Below, in pieces: positions 1 through 13,482 of a stretch of 64,000 nucleotides of DNA (within the stretch, counting starts at the first letter, position 1; the number at the start of each line of letters is the position of its first letter). The stretch is from the NCBI RefSeq assembly GCF_006345805.1, contig NC_043018.1, forward strand, positions 310,001 through 374,000, given 5' to 3'. The DNA is from Octopus sinensis (lineage: Eukaryota). A program made the position numbers and the translations under genes. The notes beneath the pieces were generated by a model. That model was not told where the DNA came from and did no database searches. It worked only from the letters and a program-made list of their open reading frames with translations.

Positions 1-329
1 TATACACATGTACATCAATGCAGTATATTCATGAATATGTGCACACACTCACACCTGCATTAACAGAGGTGTTTGCACATAACTGTTCGAATTCGTTGCA
101 CATATGTGCACACAATTGCGTAGCTTTGTATATATTTCACATATTTTGAGGTCAAACATGGTCCAATGGATTGTGCATTCATGGCATTGAGTATTCATAT
201 AATTTTTCCCATGCGGTGCCATACACACACCCCTATATACACCCATACATATACGCACCCAGGCACAGACACATGCACATAGAGACACAAACACATACAT
301 ATACACTCACACATCTGCATTATGTATTT

Positions 330-568
330 CGTCATTGGCGCATCGGGTCCGCCGGTCCGTCGCAGGTGAACTGCAAAATGCAGGCGGAAAGAGTCAGAGA
401 AAGTTGTGGCCAAAGAGTCAGCAGAAGGTCCCCATTAAGCTTCTGCCGGGGCCGCGTGGAGCTTAGGTGTTTCGCTCATAAACACACACATCACCCGGTC
501 TGAGATTCGAACCCGCGATCCCTCGACCGCTAATCCGCTGCACTAACCACTAGGGCATGTGCCTCCAC
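330..568 (-). mobile_element. tRNA-derived SINE, family A head and body with an alternative 3' tail
   Basis: Reverse complement starts GTGGAGGCACATGCCCTAGTGGTTAG...GGTTCGAATCTC (A/B-box-like) and shares the body with family A copies, then diverges in the tail. Confidence 0.8.
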
Positions 569-1382
569 ATGTGTGTATGCAAATACATATGTATGGCTGC
601 ATGTATAATTACATGAATATATGGATTAATGTATCTATATATATATATATATATAAGTATGTATGAATGTATGTATATGTATGTATGTCCCATAGGCTTT
701 CGTACAGTTTCTGTCGTATTTGGTTGGTACGGAAATATAACAGAAAATACTTGCCTGATATCGCACGAGTTTAGGCAGCGCTCGAAAAGACGTCGTTGCA
801 AAGCAGGTTTCTTAACCACGCAGCTATCAAATGTACGAAACACTTCTATTGACGTGGTAGTTCAAATGAACCTGGTACATTATATAATTTTGTGACAAAC
901 TTTGTAGAGCATTTAGTTGAAAAGTTCAAGAACTTATCCAGTTGGCCTTAAACATCTGCTAGTTGTTCTATAGTAAATTAATTAATGTTTAATTAAATAC
1001 TGCATGACAAAACATCTTGATTGTCGTAATTATAATCACCTAGACATTGGCTACGGTTGGGAAAAGTGAAAAGTCAGACCAATTAACATTTCTGTAACGT
1101 TTTTAATATTCTATTAGATATTTTCAAGAATAAAAAACAAATATGAAAGAAATCAATTATATACAAACACATAAGCATATACACAAACCAATAAAGATAT
1201 ACACTAACACATAATTGTATGGGTATATAATATACACATATACATGTATACTTACAAATATATATGTCAGTATATATCCGCATATATATATGTATATATG
1301 CGTATGTGTGCATATAGATAAGTTTACATATATAAAGGTAGGTATATGTATGTAAATGTATGGATACACATATACAGACAGG

Positions 1383-1466
<84 letters not shown>

Positions 1467-1511
1467 TATACATATATATAACATATATATACATATATAT
1501 ATATATATATA

Positions 1512-1542
<31 letters not shown>

Positions 1543-1984
1543 CATGTATGTTTATATATGAATATATATAATATATATATAAACATAAGGTAAATTTTAT
1601 TTTTCTCTCACACTTTGGAAAACGTACTCACAAAATATTTATTGCCTCTTTAAATTATTGTCTTTTATGCAAATATACTCAATAATTACAATTTTTGGCA
1701 ATAACATTACGCCACAAGTGGTTAAGAATTATAATTATTCATCATAAATAAAAGATTAATCAGGAAAATTTGTAACACTAACGAGATTTTAAAATATATA
1801 ATGGGAAAATAATAACAAAGTATATTGGAGGAAGAAAAAAGCAAAGCATTGTTTGTTTAGAAAGGAGTATGTGTGTATATATTTATATAATTAGTAATGT
1901 ATGAGAGAGTGTATGTAGCTACATACCATTCACATAATATACGTTATAAGCACGTTTATATATATATATAATATATATATATAT

Positions 1985-2016
<32 letters not shown>

Positions 2017-2019
<3 letters not shown>

Positions 2020-2029
2020 GATAGATAGG

Positions 2030-2078
<49 letters not shown>
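2017..2078. repeat. (GATA)n microsatellite adjoining (TA)n
   Basis: Direct reading. Confidence 0.95.
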
Positions 2079-2079
<1 letters not shown>

Positions 2080-2237
2080 TATGTACATATATATGTATAT
2101 ATATTTGTGCGTAAGTGTGCATACAAATAATATTGAATATATAAAAGGTTGATGCACTCCTCTGTACATCTACATAGGTCACAGTTATTCTCTTCTCTCT
2201 GTCACACGTACAGAGGCACAATACATATTTATATGAG

Positions 2238-2289
<52 letters not shown>

Positions 2290-2438
2290 ATATGGAGAAA
2301 GTCAGAGAAATATGTGCTCGTATATTATATATATATATATATATATATATGTGCTCGTATATATATATCTCTCTCTCCCTCTATATATATATATATATGG
2401 AGAGATAGATAGATATATAGAATAAGAGGTGCATATAC

Positions 2439-2497
<59 letters not shown>

Positions 2498-2566
2498 AAT
2501 TTCTGTTCGTCTCTCTCTTTTCCCCTATACATATGACAATGAGCAGAAATCCCTCTCTCTCTCATC

Positions 2567-2617
<51 letters not shown>

Positions 2618-3276
2618 TGTAAAATATATGTTGTATTTACGTGTGTGTATGTATCTCTCAATTTTTTTCGCTTTGCTTATATGCATACATATTTATATAT
2701 GGTTATATATATTCGTATTTGATGATACTACTCTCATGTCATGTGACATTAATTTCCTAAGGAACGCAATTTTTGACACGATCTTTCATTTCACATTTCC
2801 CATTTCTACTTAAAATCTTTCTTTCTCTGCCACTCAGGGACTTTTTTCAGCTCATGCATTATTTTATCATAGACAATTCATATTACTTTTGTTTGTCAGT
2901 TCAGTCAATGTCATGTTGCATTAAGCAGAAGTAGCAAATGTGTTATCTCTCTCTAGTGGACCGTGGATAATTACGTATCAATTAACAAGACATAATAGCG
3001 TGCAGTAGGGTGTAGTGATCAATCCGTGATTGCTTAGTCACGTATTTTTTTTTTACTTATTTATATATTCTTTTATTTATTTGTTTGTTCTCTTGAGATC
3101 GTTTCTTGCGATGCTGCCATTTTGGTAACATAAGCACCAAATTTTTTTTCTACTCGACATTATTGTCGCCAATACTTTTATCATGTACGTCGTTGTCGCG
3201 TACATTTCTATCGGTATCTGCTTCTGTAATGGCTTGTATTTTATCAGTATCTATTTGCCTAATGAGTAGCACTTAC

Positions 3277-3293
3277 CCATGCATAATCTGTAA
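3277..3293 (-). CDS. Candidate micro-exon (17 nt, or 11 nt using the second AG)
   Basis: Minus strand reads atttcag|TTACAGATTATGCATGG|gtaagt. The donor is consensus; there is no homology support. Confidence 0.2.
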
Positions 3294-3311
3294 CTGAAAT
3301 ATTACTATATA

Positions 3312-3698
3312 TTTGGAAGCACTCCGTCGGTTACGACGACGAAGGTTCCGGTTGATCCGAATCAACGGAACAGCCTGCTCGTGAAATTAACGTGTAAGTG
3401 GCTGAGCACTCCACAGACACGTGTACCCTTAACGTAGTTCTCGGGGATATTCAGCGTGACATAGAGAGTGACAAGGCCGGCCCTTTGAAATACAGGTACA
3501 ACAGAAACAGGAAGTAAGAGTGAGAGAAAGTTGTGGTGAAAGAGTACAGCTGGGATCACCATCATCCCCTGCCGGAGCCTCGTGGAGCTTTAGGTGTTTT
3601 CGCTCAATAAACACTCACAACGCCCGGTCTGGGAATCGAAACCGCGATCCTACGACCGCGAGTCCGCTGCCCTAACCACTGGGCCATTGCGCCTCCAC
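3312..3698 (-). mobile_element. tRNA-derived SINE family A, full length
   Basis: Head GGAGGCGCAATGGCCCAGTGGTTAGGGCAGCGGACTCGCGGTCG, tail GGAGTGCTTCCA; 11-bp TSD ATTACTATATA at 3301-3311 and 3699-3709; near-identical to 8492-8876 and 54015-54390. Confidence 0.95.
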
Positions 3699-4094
3699 AT
3701 TACTATATAAAAGGATATGTCACTATATAATAGTATTTCTATAGAACTGTAGTAGTAGTACTTAACTACTAAATGGTGTGCAGATACATATTGGCTTTAC
3801 ATAAGATCATTGGTTGTAAGTTACACGATGAACGGCTGTTACTGTTGACATGCTAACTCCACAATTGGTATAGTGCCATGATGTCTACAGATCAGTACAT
3901 GACTATTACCAGGAAATGTAAAATTCAATAGCTATTTGCACTTATAACATTTACATGTTGCTTTGTGATGTAATGCCGATGAATCAAATGTACATGTTGT
4001 TAGCAGTAATTTGGCTCGTTGTCTCTCGCTCCAAGCAGCAATTTCACTTTCAAATATATTCTATAAAGCGAATATATATTTGCCTTAGTGAAGA

Positions 4095-4241
4095 AGCAGG
4101 AGTGGCTGTGTGGTAAGTAGCTTGCTAACCAACCACATGGTTCCGGGTTCATCTTGGGCAAGTGTCTTCTGCTATAGCCCCGGGCCGACCAAAGCCTTGT
4201 GAGTGGATTTGGTAGACGGAAACTGAAAGAAGCATGTCGTA

Positions 4242-4272
<31 letters not shown>

Positions 4273-4497
4273 GCATGTGTGTGTTTGTGTGTCTGTGTTT
4301 GTCCCCCTAGCATTGCTTGACAACCGATGCTGGTGTGTTTACGTCCCTGTCACTTAGCGGTTCGGCAAAAGAGACCGATAGAATAAGTACTGGGCTTACA
4401 AAGAATAAGTCCCGGGGTCGATTTGCTCGACTAAAGGTGGTGCTCCAGCATGGCCACAGTCAAATGACTGAAACAAGTAAAAGAGTAAAGAGTAAAA
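4095..4497 (+). mobile_element. SINE family C (CORE-like, with internal (TA)n/(TG)n)
   Basis: GGCTGTGTGGTAAGTAGCTTGC head, CTTGGGCAAGTGTCTT core-like motif, internal microsatellite, 3' part ending AAAAGAGTAAAGAG; many copies in the window. Confidence 0.9.
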
Positions 4498-6659
4498 ACA
4501 GTATTGCTTTACAAACTGTAGTACCAAAATACGGTGGTTTCACTGATAACATATCATGTTGGAGTGATAAACGTAACAGATTAGAGGTGCGCATCCAGTG
4601 CTCGCCTTGAGCGATTATAAAACCTCATAAGTAAATTATCCACATAGTCAACAGCTATTGCTGGTTTTAATATTTAGTTTACAAGTCACCATGAGCCTGG
4701 AATCATGTGGTTGGATGCACAGATACAAGAGCTTCTTATCACACAGCCATGCTTAATTCTATATTCTATACCTATGAATATGACTGGCCACACTGCAAGT
4801 CCATTTTGGGATGTAATGTCAAGCACTATAGTTATCAGATGGCGGTGTATCTTGCTTTGTTGTCTTACACACGTTATTTTAAATATATCGGTTTCCGTGT
4901 ATGCTTCCTTTCACTGTTTCGTATTATAAACCAATGGCTAAAAGTACAAACATTTGGCCGATATCACTAAGGTTGCTCAAATTCACTGGCAGCGTATACC
5001 TCTGAATCAGTTTTTAATATCTCCAGGCACTTCACTCGTATCTTCAATGGAAGAAATGGAGAAAATGTCAACATCTAACATGGATATTTCGTGTTTATAA
5101 CTTCAAACATTTCAAGTAATATGGTAAATCAAAGTCTACGTCATTTTCTTCTTATCAGCAATGAACGCTAAAGTGTTTTTAGTGGCGTTGCTTTCCTATC
5201 CGATATCATCACAGCAGTTATCTCATACACATCTTCAACTTTGGTAACGGAGCAGTAATACCGTTCCTCAATGCATGTTTTCATTAAAAGAGCAGAAAAT
5301 CAAAGTATTTAAAATCAAAGATTATTTTTCCTTTTAAGCTGAAATCCAACCTAACTTTCGCCACTAAAATTTCCTAATGGGGTAAAAATATTTAACTATT
5401 TGCAACTACTTATTAGTCTTGTGAAGTAAGTAATTCGACGCCAGCAGAGTGATCTTTGAAGACATGTTTCAATTATTTTTGGATACGGTGAACAGTTTGG
5501 GTTTTGGTAAGCAAATAAGAAACAGAAACATATGCACCGTGGGGTACAGGGACGGATGGGGAAGAAAAAAAATTAGTGCAATTATAATGCAATTTTATAC
5601 TCATCAAAACTCATTTTATAAGATTTAATTTAAAACAATGATTAAATATTTTAAACATTGAATTTAGAATTGATTTCTATTCAGTCTCCACGGATTCTAC
5701 CTATTCAGCAAATGTACCTCAGTTCAGGTAAAGTATAGACAAATGAGTATCTTTTGTCCTAGGACACATAGATTTACGACAAAATTATTTAAATTTTTAT
5801 ACAGAAGAAAATACTCTTTAACATTGATTAGAATAAGTATAAGATATGACAACGACTTAATTATAAATTATTTACAATTAAACCTACCCAGATACTACAC
5901 ACGCACACAAAATTATACCTTGTTTTCAGACAACAGGCTTCTCTGCGGGCATTCTGTCAACGATTATGGTTTTGTACACCAAAGATCGGACATTATAATG
6001 AATAAACTTAAGCATTTTCCATTATTCATTTTCCCGTCTCAAAGTTGTCTGATAGAACCCGACGACACCCATGTCTGATAGAGAATCGTCCGAAGTTATC
6101 TGCTCTACCTTGACTGATGTCACCGTTTCTCAGCGTATATATTTTTTATTAATGCTTCGTGCATTAAATAGGCTAATGTTTGATTATTAATTAAGCATTT
6201 GCATAATTTCATATACACAAGTCGATTAAAGTATGTACTTATTGAGATATATTCAAAACATATAGACAGGGCTGTACAATAAATTTTATATATTTTGTGT
6301 CAGATGAGTCATACATACTTCAGAACATTGGTTTATATGAGCTAACCTTGTAATAAATACATAAATATATAAATGAATATTCGTTTTTATATGATTATAT
6401 GTGAATTTGCATCAGTGTTGTAGGTTAAGTATATCTTTGAGCTCTTGTCCGTCTGACATTCAGTGTATTTGTCTATGTAGGTGTTTATGCACGGCTAGCT
6501 ACTATTTCTCCAGCTTATGAATAGGAATGCATCTTTATATCTTTATGTATGTATATCTTTATGTATGTATATACGTGCGTATGTATATATATATATATTT
6601 ATTTCCATACATACACCCACCATTTCTCTATCATTGCTAACGCACATAGTACACACAAC

Positions 6660-6727
<68 letters not shown>

Positions 6728-7191
6728 GCATATATAATATTACACATACATAGGTACATACATATTCAATAACCCATAAAAGATATTGCCACTTATTACT
6801 GCCTTCACTGCCGTTTCCGTGCAGCAGAGAACTCATAAAATAAAGCTATTATTTTCTGCTTAGTTATTTTATAATAACCACGTGATTAATTATCTTTCAC
6901 TTCCCATTTTCTGCTTCTTTCATTTCTCTCTAAATTCTCTTTGAAGTCATGGTCAGCTTTTAATTTGTAACTTATCCTTCTCCCATAGATTTCACGATGG
7001 GCATTTTGTATCGCTTTGTAGTCGTTCAAATAATTGGTATTTGTTTTCAAACGGAGCGATTAAGAGATTTTTCATTTTGCGTTAACTAGAATATATGCAG
7101 AGTCATAACAGGCTGGAAATCTGTAGTCTGCGTAGGAGAACAATGCCAAGCCAAGATCGGTGCATATATCGGTACGTATGCATATGTTTAA

Positions 7192-7236
<45 letters not shown>

Positions 7237-7252
7237 CGTATATATATACACA

Positions 7253-7304
<52 letters not shown>

Positions 7305-7654
7305 CACACACATATATATGTTATATATATATACACACACACATCTATATATATGCATATAATATTATATATCTATGATTATTTTTATATGGGGGTGCGT
7401 TCATGTATATGCAAATATATTTATGTAAATGTGTATGATTCTTCATGTATATTCGTAAGTATGCATATATATATATATTATATATATATATATATATATC
7501 TATATATATGGTTGTGTTTGTACGCACACATATACAGAGAGAGGCAGAGTGAAGAAGAGAGAGATTTACTTGAACATGTACTCAAAATACCAACACACAC
7601 ACACATAGGTGCTATTGGCATTGTTATTTAAATCTAAATCATTAATGTACTTAC

Positions 7655-7701
7655 TGCTTTTGATTAGGTGCAAAACCAATATTGTCGGGAGACATGTTAA
7701 A
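7655..7701 (-). CDS. Candidate 47-nt exon
   Basis: gtagctttttcag|TTTAACATG...CAAAAGCA|gtaagt; two open frames (FNMSPDNIGFAPNQK or LTCLPTILVLHLIKS); no recognisable homology. Confidence 0.2.
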
Positions 7702-8491
7702 CTGAAAAAGCTACATTCGACAGCTGCAGATCAATTCCATTTTGTAATATGTTAATTTCACAGATACAAAAGAGAAACATAGTACGTTAACCAAGATTTC
7801 ATGCAATATTAGGACATATATGGAGAAGCTGTCTTGTCATTGTTCTTTCGACATATTCTCATTCTTTTATAAACGTTATGGTGGTAACTGCAATTGTCGC
7901 AAGGGATACGTTATTAGTTTTAAGTTTTATACAGGAACAGTTGTAAGAATGTTGGCGTTTATATTTTAAGCTGGTTTGTACCAACCCACTTTGGGATCTG
8001 TACAGCAAATACTTGTATAGTATATTCGTTCTGTCGCACACTGACTGAGGCATTATAAGTCTTTCAAAAATCGTTCAGTTTTTAAAAGTTTAATTATGTT
8101 AAAAATGAGAATACTTTACAAGGTATATGCGAATGTTGGTTACCCGTTCTCATACGTAGATATACCTATGTATGGCTGTGCAGTGTAGTAAAAGTAGTGA
8201 TGTTTTCTAAATACTATGGTTTTTAACCTATTCGTTTCGTATGCTGAGTGCATACCACTAGGCCATGTCCAAGAGAAAGCTGCGACGCGATGTAATGTTG
8301 GCAAATGACATAACTACTCGTTCAACCGAACTTCTAGAAATAAGAAGCTATGCTAGCTTAAAATATCACATCTTGTACACCGCAAACAAACTGAATGAAA
8401 GAATAATTCAGATACTCTACTCCATTGGTGCAGCTAAACAATGAGATGGTCATGGATAGAATGCTTTGATAATAGGCTGCTCTGCTACCTA

Positions 8492-8876
8492 GTGGAGGCG
8501 CAATGGCCCAGTGGTTAGGGCAGCAGACTCGCGGTCGTAGGATCGCGGTTTCGAATCCCAGACCGGGCGTTGTGAGTGTTTATTGAGCGAAAAACACCTA
8601 AAGCTCCACGAGGCTCCGACAGGGGATGGTGGTGATCCCTGCTGTACTCTTTCACCACAACTTTCTCTCACTCTTACTTCCTGTTTCTGTTGTACCTGTA
8701 TTTCAATGGGCCGGCCTTGTCACTCTCTGTGTCGTGCTGAATATCCCCGAGAACTACGTTAAGGGTACACGTGTCTGTGGAGTGCTCAGCCACTTACACG
8801 TTAATTTCACGAGCAGGCTGTTCCGTTGATCGGATCAAGCGGAACCCTCGTCGTCGTAACCGACGGAGTGCTTCCA
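8492..8876 (+). mobile_element. SINE family A, full length
   Basis: Same head and tail as 3312-3698; 13-bp TSD GCTCTGCTACCTA at 8479-8491 and 8895-8907. Confidence 0.95.
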
Positions 8877-8974
8877 GTAAGCTAAATCTACCCAGCTCTG
8901 CTACCTATGTTGTGCACAACTGCATTGATATACATACACACATATGTTTATAGAAACATACGTATTCAATACAT

Positions 8975-9007
<33 letters not shown>

Positions 9008-9685
9008 TATAAGTGCAACCGTCAAACATCTCTTTTACAACCAATGCTTGATTATATCAAATTCTTCTGATTTCAATTGATTAAAGTCTGTTAATCCAAA
9101 TACAATCGGTTTAAACTCTAGTAGAAACAAATTGAAACAACAGCGGCTGAAATTAAGAATTATTCAAAGTGCGCAGGAAATTCGAAATAGGAAGCAAAAA
9201 ATGTGTTTGCCACATTTTGTAACGATATTTTAAGAAGATTGTAATGAATATTGATCAGTGTGTGTCTCATGTTCTTATTTACCATATACTTTTTTTTGCA
9301 ATACATTCCTTTGAGACTTTATCTGATATGGGTTAACATTTGTTCGAGGCGAATTAATATTTAAAATCGCGGTGTGTATTGTAAGAAAAAAATTGCCGGA
9401 CGACAAATTTATAATCAAACTTATAATCATGTGTTATATGCAAATGTGCATCAATTTTTTTTTCCCTTTCGTTTTTTTTATGTTTCAAGCCTTGGACAGC
9501 GACTATGTATATTGTTAGAGCAACGAAGTGATGTCTTTTAATGGAAAAAGTCAATCTCAGAGCTTATTTTATCGGTCTTTTGGACCGAATGTTTGCGTTA
9601 TGGTGAACTAAATAAAGCAACACTTGTTTACAAACGTTGGAGACACACACACACAAACACACACAGAATACCACACCTTATTTCA

Positions 9686-9888
9686 TTATTGCCCATAGAG
9701 GGGACAAACAAGGACAGACAAAGGGATTAAGCCGATTACATCGATACCAGTGCGTAACTGCTACCCTATTTATCGACCCCAGAAGGATGAAAGGCAATGT
9801 GGACTTCGGCGGAATTTGAACTTAGAACGTAGCGGCAGACGAAATACCGCTAAACATTTTGCCCGGCATGCTAACGTTTCCGCCAACA
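9686..9888 (-). mobile_element. SINE family B
   Basis: Reverse complement of the GGCAGAAACGTTAGCA head and CCTTTCATCCTT..GGGTCGATAAA..AGTACCAG central domain. Confidence 0.9.
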
Positions 9889-10318
9889 CTACGCATTCTG
9901 TCAAGCAAACCCTCGGAAATATATCAATGCAAAAATCGAATATAATGCATTAGAGTGTGACATGTAGTTATAAGCGAACATAAGGCTATAAGTATAATTG
10001 GCTTAATTATAGAAGCTTTAACACGACAATTAATGCCGTCTGTGTGCACAGTATATTTTCAAAATATTTAAAGAAATTATATGCAATATTTTGTTTCATG
10101 CACAATACAATAATACTATTTCACTTTGTTCCTTTCTAGAAGAGTTGCACATTAGACAGAAATTTCTATAAAACTAATTGCAATATAGGACGAAGTATAT
10201 TGGATGCATTGATTAAGAAAAATTATTCGTCGATTATAGTCACTTTCGTGTTAACTGTAGAAAACTTACATATGTTAGAGGCAAAGCGAATGTTTTTAAA
10301 TCGACCGTTAAGATGCCG

Positions 10319-10378
<60 letters not shown>

Positions 10379-11913
10379 TAAATAGCGAAAGATTTTTGCT
10401 CATTTTTGGTCATCGATGGACAATTTTTTAGCCTCAGTGTAATTCGTGTGTGCTCAGTTTAATGTTTGAATAATTAAAAATTTGCAAGCCGTATTTTTTT
10501 TTCAATGGGGCAATTTGTCCACCCGCATTTAAGTCCTCACAACAACATACTCCATCCTAGCAATCTTTTTGAGATGCATTGCAGTATGGCACTAACCGAT
10601 GGCGGCGCCCCACCATGGCTACAATCTAATATCTTGTAACCCTACATACTAAGTAGAACCATTGAGATAATGAACTCACAAACAACAAATATCAAGTATC
10701 CATTCTGATATGACAACATCAATTACAATCCTAAACAGCTATTATATATATATATATATATATTATGTATATATTTATATACGCAATACCAGCATCGTCA
10801 TAACAATGGATATTTTTGTGATATAGTTTATACAGTCGAAGTTGGAGCGATAAATTGCTTTGTTACATATTAGTATCACTTTGTTAATATCAAAGCCATT
10901 TATTCAGAATTTAAACAATTCAGAGATAAAATATTTCGATATATAGATGGCGAATATCAGTTTTACTATACAAGTGTTGCTAATGTCAGACTACGATCAA
11001 AGACAGTCGGTTTTATTTGCGTCGTTTTAATACCGAAAATAAGTAGGTAATACAGCATAGTTCCATTCTAGTACCTGGGTTCCAGTTTGAATATTATCCT
11101 TATCGTAAACAAGCTGAATAAAATAGAATGGTTAACCAGAGATATATAGCTCTGAATAGAAACTATTCAATCTTCACAGACATCAACTAAAGAGCCATGA
11201 CTTTAGAATTTCTATATCAATGGAGTACGGAAATCTATTCTGCAGTTATCTCGGAAAATCAAATGGACATCAAATATCCGTGAAATAATAATTTTAACAT
11301 CCGTTCTTTACCTCGCCTCTATTTAAATAAACATAAAACTAATATTGAAATGCTGGCGTAGATTGTTCAGTCTTGTGTAGAATAGGAGGGAAATATTTGA
11401 AAGAAGTGAATTCCTTCAATATAGGATCGAATAATCATTTATCTAGTCCTGCTACTCAGAAGAATAAAGGGGATTGCGTTGTGGTTTGGGGTCAGAGTAC
11501 ATAGACACAAGCAGAAAAGGTTTACAATTATGCATCAATTCTATTTAATATGCATCTCATGCACGAATGAAGGTATACTTATGCATCTATTTGATAAACT
11601 CCAAATACTATACGCAAGAACAATAGCGCTTACATATATAAACGCCGGCATGTATATGCACTTGTTTATATATCAAAGAACATAAATGTCGATTCAAAAG
11701 GTTATCTGAATATATTACTCCAACTATACAGCTATCCAATCATATACGCACACCGACATTTCTTTCGGACATGAATTCAATCTATTTGTGCGTGTATCTT
11801 TTCGCTGCATATATGCATTATCTTTCGAACTAAATAACTGCCTAATAAATACATTTGCACATCTTTTTCAATAAATTCATATGTTTGCATGTGTGTGCAT
11901 CTATATGTATACA

Positions 11914-11951
<38 letters not shown>

Positions 11952-11989
11952 ACTTTCTATGAGTGTGTGCGTGTGTATATATCTTTTTG

Positions 11990-12220
11990 TACTTGTTTCA
12001 GACTGTGGCCATGCTGGAGCACCACCTTTTTAGTCGAGCAAATGGACCCCGGGAGTTATTCTTTTGTAAGCCCAGTACTTATTTCATCGGTCTCTTTTGC
12101 CGAACCGCTAGATAACAGGGACATAAACACACCAGCATCGGTTGTCAAGCAATGCTAGGGGGAAACGCAGACCCACAAACACACACATGCATATTATATC
12201 TATATATATTATATATATAG

Positions 12221-12254
<34 letters not shown>

Positions 12255-12305
12255 ATACATTAATACGACGGGCTTCTTTCAGTTTTCCGTCTACCAAATC
12301 CACTA
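11990..12305 (-). mobile_element. SINE family C, partial
   Basis: Reverse complement of the family C 3' part, microsatellite, and GGATTTGGTAGACGGAAAACTGAAAGAAGCCCGTCG segment. Confidence 0.85.
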
Positions 12306-13249
12306 CTTCCGTCTACCAAATCCAAATATTAATAGAAATTTAAATATACTCATATCTTGATTTCTATTTTTTTCTAGTTGCATCAACATGCCTATATATA
12401 TATATATATATATATATTAAGTTAAAAGAAAATGATAAAAAATATATAGTGAATACTAAATTAAATATATTTGTACCACAATGAAAAATTAATACACATA
12501 AGATTCTTTCGGGGATCCGGTTCTTTTATATCCTGAATCTTAAATGTATTACTTTTCAATTGTAATACAAATAAATTTACCTAAGTATTCACTACTACAT
12601 ATTTTTTCTTCTTCATTTTCTTTAATTAACTTTACACATTTTTAGACTATTTATAGATATATATATTGTGAAATTGTTTTAACTACATTTATAACACCAG
12701 TTAGTATCCGGATTGTTATAAAAATCTCTTACGAGGAATTTACCTCCTCAATACATGAATATATATATTATAATATATATATATATATACATATACATTA
12801 TATATATATATATATATATATATTATACACACATACATATATACATATTATATATATTATATATATATATATATATAAGCATATTTTCGGTTTTTGAGAA
12901 TGCATTTGCTCTTACATTCTTCTCTAGAAAGGTGCGCATGAAATCAATATTTTTATTGAGTTCTATTCCAGGCTAATTCGAACGAAAACCACCAGATTTT
13001 ATTCTGACGTATCTTTTCTGAATTAGTTCTTTAAAATTTTACCAGGCTATTCCATTTTGTGTTAAGGTTTATTTTATTGTTTCTAGCTATATTAAGCAAT
13101 TTACGGAGTTATTCAGACACGATGCACACTTTTGTCATGTTGAATAAATGCATTTTACGGTGCATTGATATATTATGATCAGATACATTGTGTCCGAATG
13201 CACGTGAATTTCGACGCCCTGCATCCGATTGACTATATAATCTGCCAAA

Positions 13250-13482
13250 AAGGCGGCGAGCTGGCAGAAACGTTAGCACGCCGGGCGAAATGCTTTGCGG
13301 TATTTCGTCTGCCGTTACGTTCTGAGTTCAAATTCCGCCGGGGTCGACTTTGCCTTTCATCCTTTCGGGGTCGATCAATGAAGTACCAGTTTCGCACTGG
13401 GGTCGATGTAATCGGCTTAATCCCTTTGTCTCTCCTTGTTTGTCCCCTCTGTATTTAGCCCCTTGTGGGCAGTAAATAAATA
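13250..13482 (+). mobile_element. SINE family B, full length
   Basis: GGCGGCGAGCTGGCAGAAACGTTAGCACGCCGGGCGAAATG head, GAGTTCAAATTCC B-box-like motif; 16-bp TSD TATATAATCTGCCAAA at 13234-13249 and 13483-13498. Confidence 0.95.

Noticed and set aside
3362-3614. Recurrent ORFs MVVIPAVLFHHNF... and MFIERKHLKLH... (also at 8626, 16242 and 54065)
   Set aside because: Incidental frames inside family A SINE copies
8492-8570. tRNA-like heads called as tRNA genes
   Set aside because: They lack a complete acceptor stem and always continue into SINE bodies with TSDs
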